In this document: one piece after another, positions 31,601 through 40,863 of the stretch
How positions within the stretch are numbered: the stretch's first letter is position 1
Layout of the letters: each line of letters begins with the position of its first letter
Assembly: GCA_963786955.1 (NCBI GenBank)
Contig: CAWBAT010000009.1
Location: 128,001-192,000, forward strand
Source of the DNA: an uncultured Acidimicrobiia bacterium
GTDB lineage: Bacteria > Acidobacteriota > Terriglobia > Versatilivoradales > Versatilivoraceae
Direction of reading: 5' to 3'
Length of the DNA: 64,000 bases
Translations under genes and position numbers: made by a program
The notes under the pieces: model-generated
The model's database searches: none
What the model was told of the DNA's origin: nothing
What the model saw: only the letters and a program-made list of their open reading frames with translations

Positions 31601-32231
31601 AGCCGAGGTTCAGGTGCTGCCAGATCCAATTGCGATCGACGGGCCATGGGAATTAGCTTTCCCTCCAGGATGGGGCGCACCGGATCATGTGACCTTGCAG
31701 CAACTCATTTCCTGGACAGATCACCCTAATCCAGGAGTGAAGTATTTTTCAGGGACAGCCATTTACCGAAGGCAATTCAATCTGCCTTCAGGTCTGCTGG
31801 ATCGACAGCGCCGTTACGATCTGGATTTGGGACATGTGTTCGTCATCGCGCAGGTGAACCTAAACGGTCGCGATCTCGGCATCTTGTGGAAACCGCCTTT
31901 CCAAGTGGATATCACAGATACCCTTCATCCGGGCGCGAATGAGCTGGTGGTAAACATCGTCAACCTGTGGCCAAACCGTTTGATTGGCGATGAACAACTG
32001 CCGGAGGATTCCGAATGGATACCCCCTTCGACTCCCAAGAATCTTACCCCCCGTAATTATGGCGCGGTGCTGGCGGCTTGGCCAAAATGGTTTCTGGAAC
32101 ACAAGCCCAGTCCCACAGGACGGGTGACTTTTACGACCTGGAAACACTGGACCAAGGACGATCCTCTACTAGAGTCAGGTCTGCTCGGCCCCGTCGTCAT
32201 CCGTCCTAGAGCCGTCGTGCCGATTTTGTAG
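28623..32231 (+). CDS. GH106 alpha-L-rhamnosidase-like glycoside hydrolase, Tat signal
   Basis: GITADLEAM, GSGGPWITPE, GLECDKLS, HIDSWE, VAAES, VNLWPNRLIGD, SGLLGPV; NRRWFL signal. Confidence 0.9.
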   Translation: MTFIYNRRWFLRNSALWALAAPTLPGISTPYPLIQAGQVGVEPAGMLAHAFLDPPEAAWPWVYWVITDGTLTREGITADLEAMRRVGIRGVLYLEVDLFVPKGPVRFLSPQWRELIQHTVKEATRLGITISMNNDGGYTGSGGPWITPELSMQVMVWSETAIIGPKRFSEVLAQPKAVQSYYKDIAVLAFPTPPAEGEGMAARSPKMTYGLDRKSFNAAGLISGDPAAVTLLPPVQEGQSQILNIDFPEPFTAQALTIALDPWNSEITGTLEASDDGQHFETIRPFRLRWPRSSVNFLKVTARYYRIIMKGPSEEVDWLFRTFAKGFPLNEVELHPDLRLEDIPGKAAYMRQEVFSGEPAITAEMAVQRNQILDLSSKLDGEGRLSWDVPAGNWTVLRIGHTSTGKMNHPAPEESLGLECDKLSKKAIEVHFAELMGKLLDDQAAIHGTALKMTHIDSWETGAQNWTPGFREEFRKKCGYDLLPYLPVLTGRAVGSREVSERFLWDLRHTIADLLLENYAGHLREISHQHGLTLSIEAYGGGPFDDVAYAGYADLPMCEFWSGKPFWWDLLMGWCKAMASAAHISGRPIVAAESYTAEPESAKWQAHPFRMKPLGDMAFTLGVNRFVFHRYCMQPWTDRLPGMTFGPFGVHYERTNTWWELSRPWHTYLARCQTLLQSGQFVADVAYLGSENSPNSFPSREAMDPPIPSGYDFDDIPPAVLLTQMTWSGGRFLLPSGMSYRILVLPPGRTMTPALLGKIKELVLVGATVVGPRPANSPSLTDYPTCDAEVQQLAAELWGDCDGVSITENRYGKGKIVWGKPLTEVLSGLSVRPDFSALDVKVGEDIRTIHRQVDGNDLYFVASGLPEARRFLCSFRVTGKRPELWWPDTGRMEPVAVFDERNESTVIPLSLDPYGSVFVVFRTDEKPTPDRVISLRRNGVELSGLAPTPAPEIQLRHEPVSVSVNPGDATGFHIEVANPGNYELKTFGGRRLRAEVQVLPDPIAIDGPWELAFPPGWGAPDHVTLQQLISWTDHPNPGVKYFSGTAIYRRQFNLPSGLLDRQRRYDLDLGHVFVIAQVNLNGRDLGILWKPPFQVDITDTLHPGANELVVNIVNLWPNRLIGDEQLPEDSEWIPPSTPKNLTPRNYGAVLAAWPKWFLEHKPSPTGRVTFTTWKHWTKDDPLLESGLLGPVVIRPRAVVPIL

Positions 32232-32245
32232 GGCAAGGCCCGGTA

Positions 32246-32808
32246 GCCACGGTGAGTGCGTTTTGCGAGCCGTGGGCTTTTACGATTGCAGATTTCGGAT
32301 TGGAAATTGCCAATTTCGTAGGGGCAAAGCATTCGATGTACTATACAGACGTTTGCACTTGCGTCACTTCCGAATGCTTTGCCCTAGAATACAAGATTTC
32401 CGGGGTGGCGAAGACATGCGCCGTCTGCATGTCTTCGAAAAGAATATCCCGGCAGCCACGGTGAGTGTTTTTTGCGAGCCGTGGGCTTCTACGATTGCGG
32501 ATTTCGGATTGGAAATTGCCAATTTCGTAGGGGCAAAGCATTCGATCTACTATGCAGAGATTTGCATTTGCATTACTTCCGAATGCTTTGCCCTAGAATA
32601 CAAGATCTCGCCGGGTGGCGAAGACATGCGCCGTCTGCATGTCTTCGAAAAGAATATCCCGACAGCCACGGTGAGTGTTTTTTGCGAGCCGTGGGCCTTT
32701 ACGATTGCCGATTTCCCGGGTGGCGAAGACATGCGCCATTTGCATGTCTTCGAAAAGAATATCCCGGCAGCCACGGTGAGTGTTTTTAGCGAGCCGTAAG
32801 CTTTTACG
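32246..32808. repeat. Tandem array of about 210-bp composite palindromic units
   Basis: GCCACGGTGAG recurs at 32246, 32455, 32665 and 32770 (units of 209, 210 and 105 bp); three hairpin modules per full unit. Confidence 0.9.
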
Positions 32809-32829
32809 GTTGTGGATTGATTACCGAAA

Positions 32830-33732
32830 TCAGTTATCCTGCATTCGTAACTTCGACCCTTTTTGTTCCGCCCACTTATTGAACTCCTCGATCATTTGTT
32901 TTGTCCACTTGCCGTCAATTTCCCCCGGCTTGTACTTCCCTTCCCGCAGCATCATGTGTCCCCACTCGTCAACCAGGTGGGTCATTTGGGCCTTGTCGGC
33001 CACTTCTTCCGCTAGTTGGGGCGGGATGAAGACGAGTCCCTCGACATCACTCAGAACAATATCTCCCGGCATTACGGTTACCTGACCAATTCGGATGGGC
33101 ACATTCATACCGACCAGGGTCACATCGCGCAAAGAGGAAGGGTCTGAACCACGTACAAAAACTCGCATGCCATTGATCTTAGAAATGCCGGTTTCGTCGC
33201 GCACGGCACCGTCCACAACCAGTCCCGTTTTGCTCTTGGCGAAAATCGAGGTTGCGAGGTTATCTCCCGCATAAGTACCGTCCTTGATTTTGCCGAAGAG
33301 ATCTACCACCAGCACGTCACCAGGCTGAAGGGTATTGATGGGCCACGAATTCTGCGCCCCATTGCGGCCCTCTTGTTTGCCACGATCATTGATCACTGCG
33401 TTCAGGTCCGGCCGCAATGGCATGAAGACAGCGGTCACAACGCGGCCGACCAGGCGCTCCCCCGGATTGATGACATGCCAGCCACTTTCAAACTGATACT
33501 TGTAGTCGTGTTCCTGGAGCACCCCCCAGGCCTCCTCAGCATCCACTGACTTCAGCATTTCAAGAATGGAGTCCGGAACTTTCGGACGCCCATCGGAAAA
33601 GCGTTCGCCTTGCCATTCACGGGTCAGATCAATCCGTTGCTCTTTCGAAAACAGGCCCAACTGGGCATACATAGGCACTACTAAAACCAATACGAGAGCT
33701 AGAGAATAAAAACAGCGCTGCAGATTCTTCAT
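32830..33732 (-). CDS. RraA/HMG-aldolase family protein with signal peptide
   Basis: GDVLVVD, GDNLA, VVDGAVRD, VMPGDIVLSD.EG; N-terminal signal peptide. Confidence 0.85.
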   Translation of the reverse strand: MKNLQRCFYSLALVLVLVVPMYAQLGLFSKEQRIDLTREWQGERFSDGRPKVPDSILEMLKSVDAEEAWGVLQEHDYKYQFESGWHVINPGERLVGRVVTAVFMPLRPDLNAVINDRGKQEGRNGAQNSWPINTLQPGDVLVVDLFGKIKDGTYAGDNLATSIFAKSKTGLVVDGAVRDETGISKINGMRVFVRGSDPSSLRDVTLVGMNVPIRIGQVTVMPGDIVLSDVEGLVFIPPQLAEEVADKAQMTHLVDEWGHMMLREGKYKPGEIDGKWTKQMIEEFNKWAEQKGSKLRMQDN

Positions 33733-33835
33733 ATGATTTCTCCAAGATTGGAATAAGACAACAGTGAAGGTGAGCTTTAAGATTGAATCATTGAGCTCTC
33801 CTGCCGCTCAATTGCACAAACTTCTGCTAATTGCT

Positions 33836-33890
33836 GTAGCAGGGACCGTTGATCCCGGCATTACGGGCCGGGGTCAACGACCCCGGCTAC
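33836..33890. repeat. REP-like doublet
   Basis: GTAGCAGGGACCGTTGATCCCGG ... CCGGGGTCAACGACCCCGGCTAC. Confidence 0.6.
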
Positions 33891-34194
33891 AACACGGACT
33901 TCTATAGTTTAGGCCTGGGCAACCTCAATTTAGCGTTCTCGATTTCGCCCCTCTCGCCACGTTCTAATTTAATCCGGAAAAAGATGGCCCCGCAGTGAGG
34001 CAGAGGAAAAGTTGGTCGCTCTACAACGCAATCGTCAATAATATACACCTGAACCGGATGATTCGGGTAATGGGCGTTTCAAGCCTTGCTTTGTTGCCCA
34101 CGTCATTTCTTCTCTAATATCATATGAGCATTCACCCATGGGGTGTTGTGATACTCTGGAACTCAGGGGATAGGGGTCAAGGGAGTGATTCGAT

Positions 34195-35247
34195 ATGAAG
34201 TGGTATTCCGGGCAGAATTTGCCGAAGACCCATGCACGCCCCACTTTTTCCGAAGCCTGGTTTCATCGCCACTATGGCATGACGTTTGGCGAAAAGTACT
34301 GCGGCGATCCGATTTTCCGCACCGAGCAAGACCGGGAAGCTCTGAGGTTGCTCTATGACCGATTTGGCCACTCTGGCATAGGCGAGAAAGACCCTCCACC
34401 ACGGCCCCACCTGGAAGTTTGCGGACACCGCTTCCTGTCGGCATTGTTTGGTTGCGAGATTTTTTTTCAAGATGACCAGGCCACGTCATGCCGGCATCTT
34501 TCCATTAACTCAGCCCCCGATATTGCCGCGATTCCGAAGCCTGACCTGGTCTCGAACCGCTGGGCTGAAGAGTTTCGCAAACAAGGGGCAATCCTTTTAG
34601 ACCGTTATGGAGTAGTCGATGCGACGATTAATCACGGAGGCCCGATTAATGTGGCACTGAGTGTCCTCGGCAGCGAGGCGCTCGCATATCTGGTGGAGGC
34701 CCCGGGAGTCATGGGCAGATTTCTCGAGAAAATTGCAGATCTCATTATCGAGTGCTACGACAAGCTGACCGTCCGATTTAATCCGGAACTGGGCAGAGCC
34801 CGAAACATGTTTGCCGGTAACTGCCCGGTGATGATGCTCAGCCCCCGCACCTACAGGGAGACGGTCTTGCCCGCAGATCTGCATTTTCGCAGGCAGGTTC
34901 AGACATTCGGTTTGCACCACTGCGGCCGCATGGACATGTACTTGGAAGAGTACCAGAAACTCGCACCGATTGAGTTTATCGAGGTTGGTTGGGGCAGCAA
35001 TATTGCGGCGGTTCGGAGGGCGTTTCCAGACGTTACCCTGGATCTCATGATCAATATTTATGACCTGCAAAACATGTCGCGCCCAACACTGCGTGAGACA
35101 GTCTCCTGCATGGTCCAGCAAGCGGCGCCAATTTCAACCATTCGGGATATCTGGGTCGCAGACATCGGCCCGGAGGTTCTGGATGAAAAGGTCTTGGATT
35201 TTGTCGAGGCAGTGGATTCGGCAATATTGTCTGCACAGAAACAATGA
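34195..35247 (+). CDS. UroD-fold (methyltransferase-like) protein
   Basis: GPINVA, NCPVMMLSP..Y..VLP.D, LHHCG, EVGWGS. Confidence 0.7.
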   Translation: MKWYSGQNLPKTHARPTFSEAWFHRHYGMTFGEKYCGDPIFRTEQDREALRLLYDRFGHSGIGEKDPPPRPHLEVCGHRFLSALFGCEIFFQDDQATSCRHLSINSAPDIAAIPKPDLVSNRWAEEFRKQGAILLDRYGVVDATINHGGPINVALSVLGSEALAYLVEAPGVMGRFLEKIADLIIECYDKLTVRFNPELGRARNMFAGNCPVMMLSPRTYRETVLPADLHFRRQVQTFGLHHCGRMDMYLEEYQKLAPIEFIEVGWGSNIAAVRRAFPDVTLDLMINIYDLQNMSRPTLRETVSCMVQQAAPISTIRDIWVADIGPEVLDEKVLDFVEAVDSAILSAQKQ

Positions 35248-35287
35248 CTCATTTGAACCGGGGTTTTAAGTGGCGTCGGACAAACCC

Positions 35288-35326
35288 CCGGGTGGCGAAG
35301 ACATGCGCCGTTTGCATGTCTTCGAA
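35288..35326. repeat. Isolated copy of the CGAAGACATGC hairpin module
   Basis: CCGGGTGGCGAAGACATGCGCCGTTTGCATGTCTTCGAA matches the module in the 32.2-32.8 kb array. Confidence 0.8.
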
Positions 35327-35601
35327 GAGCACTTAGCACAGATTTGATTCTTAACTCTGCGGCTTTTTGAAACCGGAGAGGAGAAAGGCTGCGTACCCTT
35401 TACATCCCCTGCCGCAAAGTGGCACCCCCTTCGAAGGGGGATTCGGGTCCGGGCTACACTCTTTCTTGGCAAAGTCTCATAGTGTCGACCTGTCACTAAA
35501 TACAACTCCAGGCTCAACCCAGTAAACAAATCCTGTAAAAAGCCGATAGGAAGGTCATTGGCTGTAACTGTTCTCGGTAGGCAATCAAGGGAGAGCAAAA
35601 G

Positions 35602-35964
35602 ATGAGAGTCCAAGCTTGGCAGGGCCTAGACATCGACAATGCGATAAAAGCGTTTGTGGAGCGGCGCCGAAAAAGGCGTGTCCAGGTAAGTGTTTCCATA
35701 ATCGTGAAAGGGTTGGACAGATTTGGAAATCGTTATGAGGAAACCACCCAGTCTATTAATTTCTCAGCGGGAGGCACCTGTTTTTTCCTAAAACAGCGGA
35801 TACAAGTCGGTACGACGGTGGCACTAGGGATAACACTTCCAATTGATTTAAAGACCTACACCACAACCGGACAAGTAACCCGGGTTGAGGCTGTGCCAGG
35901 AACACTCAGGTTCAAATACGGCATTCGATTCACTCACAAACAGAAACGCGGGAGTACCCATTGA
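35602..35964 (+). CDS. PilZ domain protein
   Basis: ERRRKRRV (RxxxR) and NFSAGG motifs; C-terminal YGIRF. Confidence 0.85.
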   Translation: MRVQAWQGLDIDNAIKAFVERRRKRRVQVSVSIIVKGLDRFGNRYEETTQSINFSAGGTCFFLKQRIQVGTTVALGITLPIDLKTYTTTGQVTRVEAVPGTLRFKYGIRFTHKQKRGSTH

Positions 35965-36218
35965 AAGTAGAATGACTGGTTTAGTTTCTGATTTTCCAGT
36001 CACATACTTCTATATGTCAGTCATTGACTAAGCTGACTGAATTCTCATGGGATTAGCTTGCTGCCCATGGTTTAATCAGTCAGACCCGAATTCGCAGACT
36101 CGGCACGTAAGGTTTCAGCAGGAAACGGGTTAATACGCCGAATTTACAAAATCGATTGTTGTTTCGGCTGGAACCATGAGCGACAAATGCTAGCTATTTG
36201 CGCGATGCGAAGAATCAG

Positions 36219-36407
36219 ATGACGGAATCGCTTTTATTGAGCTGCCCGTACTGCGGTGAAGCCGTGGAGCTTGACGTTGATGAGAGCGGCGGAAGCCGCC
36301 AATCATTCGTGCAGGATTGTCCGGTGTGTTGCCGCCCGTGGCAGGTCGAGGCCACCCGCAATCGCGAAGGCGGCTGGAGCGCAACACTACGAACAACCGA
36401 CGAATAG
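36219..36407 (+). CDS. CPXCG motif cysteine-rich protein
   Basis: CPYCGE...QDCPVCCRP. Confidence 0.88.
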   Translation: MTESLLLSCPYCGEAVELDVDESGGSRQSFVQDCPVCCRPWQVEATRNREGGWSATLRTTDE

Positions 36408-36456
36408 CCAACCCCAGAGTTGTCCGCCCTGCCCTTTTCCCATCCTCCTGACAAAA

Positions 36457-37428
36457 TTACCGACTAAAATGAGCCGCAAACTTCCCGATCTTGGCAGAGG
36501 CGTGGAAGATCTTACCCACGGAGATTCCTACTGGAAGCTGGTGATGAGCGACAGCAGCCAACGCCATGGACGCCATGCAGCCGCATTGCGAACAGTCGGG
36601 GTCTCCGCCAAACTGGCAAGGAGAAATTTTGGTTTTCAAATCAGCGGAGATATTGAGAGTGGTGCGGGAAAAGAGGCACTCATCCGGTGAATGGGGGGGG
36701 TGGGTGAACTCGCGGAGCGTCCCTTCCCCCATGTCCAACTTGGGAAACAGGCGGCGCAGTCGGATTAAGTCTTCGACGGCTTGAACGCGCTCCCCGGCTG
36801 AGAGGCATTCCGGATCAGAAGCCCCTTTCTGTGGTGTAAACATGCTCATCCAGACTTTTCTGATCTCGACGCGTGGACACCAGAACTCGAGGAACTCTTC
36901 GAGGTATCCCGATCGCTTCATCATTTGACTCGTGATCGTGCAGTGAACAACAACCCTCTGGCCCGCAATATTCTTGAGGATCCTGGCATACGTGGCCGGA
37001 GTTCTTCGGACGTCATGCTCAGGTTGGAGCCCATCAATCGAGACCACGACATCTAATCCCGACATCTTGGCCCAAGCCTCGGGAATTGGCCTGAAGGCGC
37101 TGGTAACCAACTGCACAAAGACACCCATCGATTGAAGTTTGGGCAACAAGATTTCCATTTCACGGTAACGCACAAGCGGATCGCCGCCAACTATCGACAG
37201 ATGCACCGGCCGATATCGTCGTATAAGCGCCAGGACACCGGCTACGAGCGCTTCGCCTTGGAAGTCACTTAACTGCCGTAGGTTAAGGTTATCCCCGAGA
37301 TGGCCGTCTTCGTAGGCATAACAGCCCGGACAACGCAAAGGGCATTCACGTGTTACCTCAATGGAGAGTGTGGGATACCGTCCTGTGAGGATTTTTCCCC
37401 AAGCATGTAACACATCGCCTGTATTCAT
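36457..37428 (-). CDS. Radical SAM protein
   Basis: CPLRCPGC (CxxxCxxC), GGDPL, SIDG; C-terminal CQFGGDPDCSQCGC; start at MNTGDV. Confidence 0.9.
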   Translation of the reverse strand: MNTGDVLHAWGKILTGRYPTLSIEVTRECPLRCPGCYAYEDGHLGDNLNLRQLSDFQGEALVAGVLALIRRYRPVHLSIVGGDPLVRYREMEILLPKLQSMGVFVQLVTSAFRPIPEAWAKMSGLDVVVSIDGLQPEHDVRRTPATYARILKNIAGQRVVVHCTITSQMMKRSGYLEEFLEFWCPRVEIRKVWMSMFTPQKGASDPECLSAGERVQAVEDLIRLRRLFPKLDMGEGTLREFTHPPHSPDECLFSRTTLNISADLKTKISPCQFGGDPDCSQCGCMASMALAAVAHHQLPVGISVGKIFHASAKIGKFAAHFSR

Positions 37429-37619
37429 GGAGCCATGCTGACTCGAATTGGCTTGAGTGTCAACCGCGTATCTGCTCGAAGAACGTTGCACTGCGGAGCC
37501 AGGGGCAGAAGACTCAAAGGCTAGATCTCTCCCGGCAGGTCCACGCCACCGAAGACTATTGTGACTGAGGGCCATGTTTGGAACGAATTTGCTAAATGAT
37601 TGAGGCAGTTAAACAGGAG

Positions 37620-37696
37620 TGGTACGCCCGGCAAGATTCGAACTTGCGACCCCCTGATTCGTAGTCAGGTACTCTATCCAACTGAGCTACGGGCGC
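37620..37696 (-). tRNA. tRNA-Arg(ACG)
   Basis: Reverse complement GCGCCCGTAGCTCAGTTGGATAGAGTACCTGACT-ACG-AATCAGG...GTTCGAATC...GGGCGTACCA. Confidence 0.97.
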
Positions 37697-37997
37697 ATGG
37701 GTTGAAGGAGATGCTTGGAGCGACGATTACTACACGAAAGTCAATCAATTCTTATCGCAAACTTGCGGACTCTATCGCCAAAACATCGCCTCTCTAAACG
37801 GCGCCTAATTTAGCATGCCGACCGGCGGCTGTAAAGACGGATTGATACGCGGAACGCTCTGTCCCAAAGTTGAAATTGGTTCCGATCGTGGTTCATATAC
37901 CAGCAGCATTGTTCGCTGTCACATCCCTCGATTTGTCCTACGAACTCAGCTCCTCCATTCCTTCCCATCTAGTCAAGATCATGATCTTTAGAAATTC

Positions 37998-38387
37998 TTA
38001 GTTTTTGGGGGCATAATCAATAACAAAGACATCTTCCAGAATCCCCAGCTTCGCCAAGAGGGCCCCAAACTTCTTGTGCTCGGGGTGAGGAAGATAGGTA
38101 TCCCTCGCTTTGGCGTCTACAAAGGTCAGCAGGTACACGTGCGTGAACCCGTGATTTTTCCCCTCTGGGCTGCTATTCACACCATATTCAAAAGACACTA
38201 TTCCGGGGATCGTGTTCTTCAGGTCCCGGAATGCGTTCGTTACCTGGCGAATCTGCTCTTCGGTTGTTCCTTGTTTATATTTGAAAACAACGACATGCCG
38301 AACCGGTTCTTTTTCCACCGCACAAACTGCGAGCGGTTTAACAACAAGAACTATTCCCATTAACAATAAGACGAGCAGCTCTCTCAT
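37998..38387 (-). CDS. Dabb family (stress-responsive A/B barrel) protein with signal peptide
   Basis: VRHVVVFKYK, GFTH, YLPHPEH, VIDY. Confidence 0.9.
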   Translation of the reverse strand: MRELLVLLLMGIVLVVKPLAVCAVEKEPVRHVVVFKYKQGTTEEQIRQVTNAFRDLKNTIPGIVSFEYGVNSSPEGKNHGFTHVYLLTFVDAKARDTYLPHPEHKKFGALLAKLGILEDVFVIDYAPKN

Positions 38388-38818
38388 TGAGCATTTCTCC
38401 TTTCGTAAGCACGTTTATATTGAAGCTTTCACAGTAGATTGAAAACTGAAAAGGTCATTCCGCATTCTCACGGTTTGCTCCAAAAACCCAAAAGCTCGGC
38501 GAGGGCGTCCCGGTTCCCCCTGGCGCTGCAAAAACGGCGGCCTCGGGAGAGGCCGCCCGCACCACAAGTTAGTAAAATAGGCCAGCAGCCCGTCCATTTC
38601 CGGGGTCACCGACCCCGGCTATGGCAATTCAAAGGAAATGGGAGAATCATCCCACGATGAATCAAAAAGCAATTCAACGAGGCACTAGCTCACCCCCCTG
38701 AAGTCCCCCCTTGTGAAAGGGGGGACACTGCGAACTAATCCCACGGCTCGTACAAAACGCTCACTGTGGCTACCCCGCCCTTTTCCGGGGCCGGCGGCCC
38801 CGGCTACAGCGCCTGTCG

Positions 38819-40262
38819 CTACTGAGGAAGATCGTTAGCCGTTTTTTGAATGAACTCCCAGGCGTCGGCGACGTGGCGGGCTTCCGTGTTCGTTTGCCCG
38901 ACGCAGAGGCGCAGTGTGTAATGCCCATTGAGAGTTGTATGGGTCAAGTAGAGCCGCCCGCTGCGATTCAGATTTTCCAATAACTGGCGATTAAAGTCAT
39001 CACTTCCTTTGTACCTGAAACACACCAGATTCAGCGGGGGAGGCACAATCAATTCAAACCGATCGGATTGTCGAACCCAACCGGCAAGCTCCTGGGCTAA
39101 TTCAATGTGTCGTCGAACATGGTGACGCAAACCTTCGACTCCATAATGGCGAATCACAAACCAGAGTTTTAGAGAACGGAAACGCCGGCCCAGCGGAATG
39201 TGCCAGTCCCGATAGTCAATCACCGCTCCTGATTCAGTAGCCTGGTTGCGGAGGTATTCCGGCAGGACACTCAGCGTCTTGATCAATACTTCCCGGTCTG
39301 CCACATAGAAACAATCACAATCAAAATTCGTGAACATCCATTTGTGCGGGTTGAAGCAATAGCTGTCAGCTAATTCGACTCCTTTGTGGATATGGCGATA
39401 CTCCGGGCAGAGAGCCGCGGTACCCGACATCGCTGCATCGATATGCAGCCAAAGGCCTGCTTCACGGCATATTCGGCCTATTTCAGGAATCGGGTCGATG
39501 GCATTGGAGGACGTTGTCCCCACTGTGGCACAAACAAAGCAAGGGATCTTTCCAGCCTGGCGATCGCTCGCGATGGCTCTGGCAAGTAACTCAGGACGAA
39601 GCGCAAATTGGTCGTCCACGTCAATGAGACGGAGATTGTCGCTACCTAAGCCGGCAATCTTCACAGCTTTTTCGACCGAGGAGTGAGCCTGCGTCGAGCT
39701 ATACAGCTACGAGGCGGCCTTGGCATCCCTGCTGGTTGGATTGGAAGTTCGTAATCCGCTCGCGGGCTGCTAGAAGCGCACAAAGCGTTGCACTCGAAGC
39801 CGTATCCTGAATCACTCCGCCCCCTGCTCCGTCGGATTTGAACTTTTCAGGTAGCCCAAGCATATCAACCAGCCAATCCAGGACGTGGATCTCCAGCTCG
39901 GTGCAGGCTGGGCTGGTTGTCCACAACATCCCCTGAACCCCGAGGGCGGCAGAAAGCATCTCCCCCAGGATTGAAGGGCCTGAAGCATTGGCCGGGAAGA
40001 AGGCAAAGAAGTTAGGTGATTGCCAATGGGTAGTACCCGGAATAATCAAATCGTTGATATCTTTAAGGATTGTCTCAAAAGCTTCGCCTTCTAACGGAGG
40101 GTGCTCGGAAAGTGAGGCGCGAACTTGCCCGGGGTGAGACTTTGACAGAACTGGAAATGATTCGATGAGTTCATAATAATTCGCAATCCAATCCACTACC
40201 GCATGCCCATGCAGGCGGAAAGTTTCCGGAGTCATATGGTAACTTCGTTCTTCGGGCATCAT
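38819..40262 (-). pseudogene. PLP-dependent aromatic amino acid decarboxylase, split by a +1 frameshift at about 39704
   Basis: THWQSPNFFAFFP, SPACTELE, HIDAA, FNPHKW, LGRRFRSLKLW; removing one G in GCTGTATAGC restores LVAYSSTQAHSSVEKA. Confidence 0.88.
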
Positions 40263-40353
40263 TCCTCCTGGGACATGAGTCGCTTCGCTGATTATTACGC
40301 CGAACTGTGCTTAGGCATTCTTGATGAGAGATTTAGCAAGATTGTGGAGGGCT

Positions 40354-40673
40354 CCCTCACCCCCAAACCCCTCTCCCGCACTGGGGAGAGGGGAGCCGAC
40401 AATTCATTATTGAGTTCTCTCCCGCGCTGAAGGTGTCAAAGAATTGGAAAACGCCGCGTGAGGTCACGCGGCCTACAATGATTTCAAAGGGTATACCATT
40501 ATGTTGTAGGCCGGGTCCCCCGACCCGGCGGAATCTTTTCACAGCTTCGCTGGGGAGAGGGGAGCCGATGATTCATTATTGAATTCTCGCCCGCGCTGTG
40601 GCGAGGGGAGCCGAAAATTTATTATTGAGTTCTCTCCCACGTTGGGGCAATGGGGGCCGATAATTCATTATTG
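40354..40673. repeat. Four 46-bp tandem palindromic repeats, one interrupted by a MITE
   Basis: CTCTCCCGCxCTGGGGAGAGGGGAGCCGAxAATTCATTATTGAGTT-like units at about 40371, 40417, 40586 and 40632; related copy near 61525. Confidence 0.8.
40429..40548. mobile_element. MITE-like element (GAAG...CTTC ends) with 3-bp TSD
   Basis: Ends GAAGGTGTCAAAGAATT / AATCTTTTCACAGCTTC; GCT on both sides; removing it restores the 46-bp repeat unit. Confidence 0.7.
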
Positions 40674-40863
40674 CCAGAGACTTACTTAAAATAGATGTAA
40701 CGACGATCTCATTCCTCCAGCCAAATTCTGCGGTTGCCTTTGGCTCGTTAGACAGGATATGATTTTTTCATCCTGGTGGGAAGAACTTGGGGCATCCCTT
40801 AGTTCAATCTGAAATCATCCTCCCCTCCGTGCCTACAGTAAACATACTGAGATATTTACGGTT

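Noticed and set aside
32252-32799. Repetitive ORFs across the tandem array
   Set aside because: Open frames arise from the repeated DNA; no RBS or recognisable domain
32246-32808. Possible CRISPR array
   Set aside because: Units are about 210 bp and almost fully repeated, with no unique spacers; no cas genes in the window
39699-39701. Pyrrolysine or other read-through of the TAG in the decarboxylase (tempting given the corrinoid genes)
   Set aside because: The downstream half is in a different frame, so this is a frameshift rather than an in-frame stop
40354-40673. Possible CRISPR array
   Set aside because: Head-to-tail 46-bp degenerate repeats with no spacers
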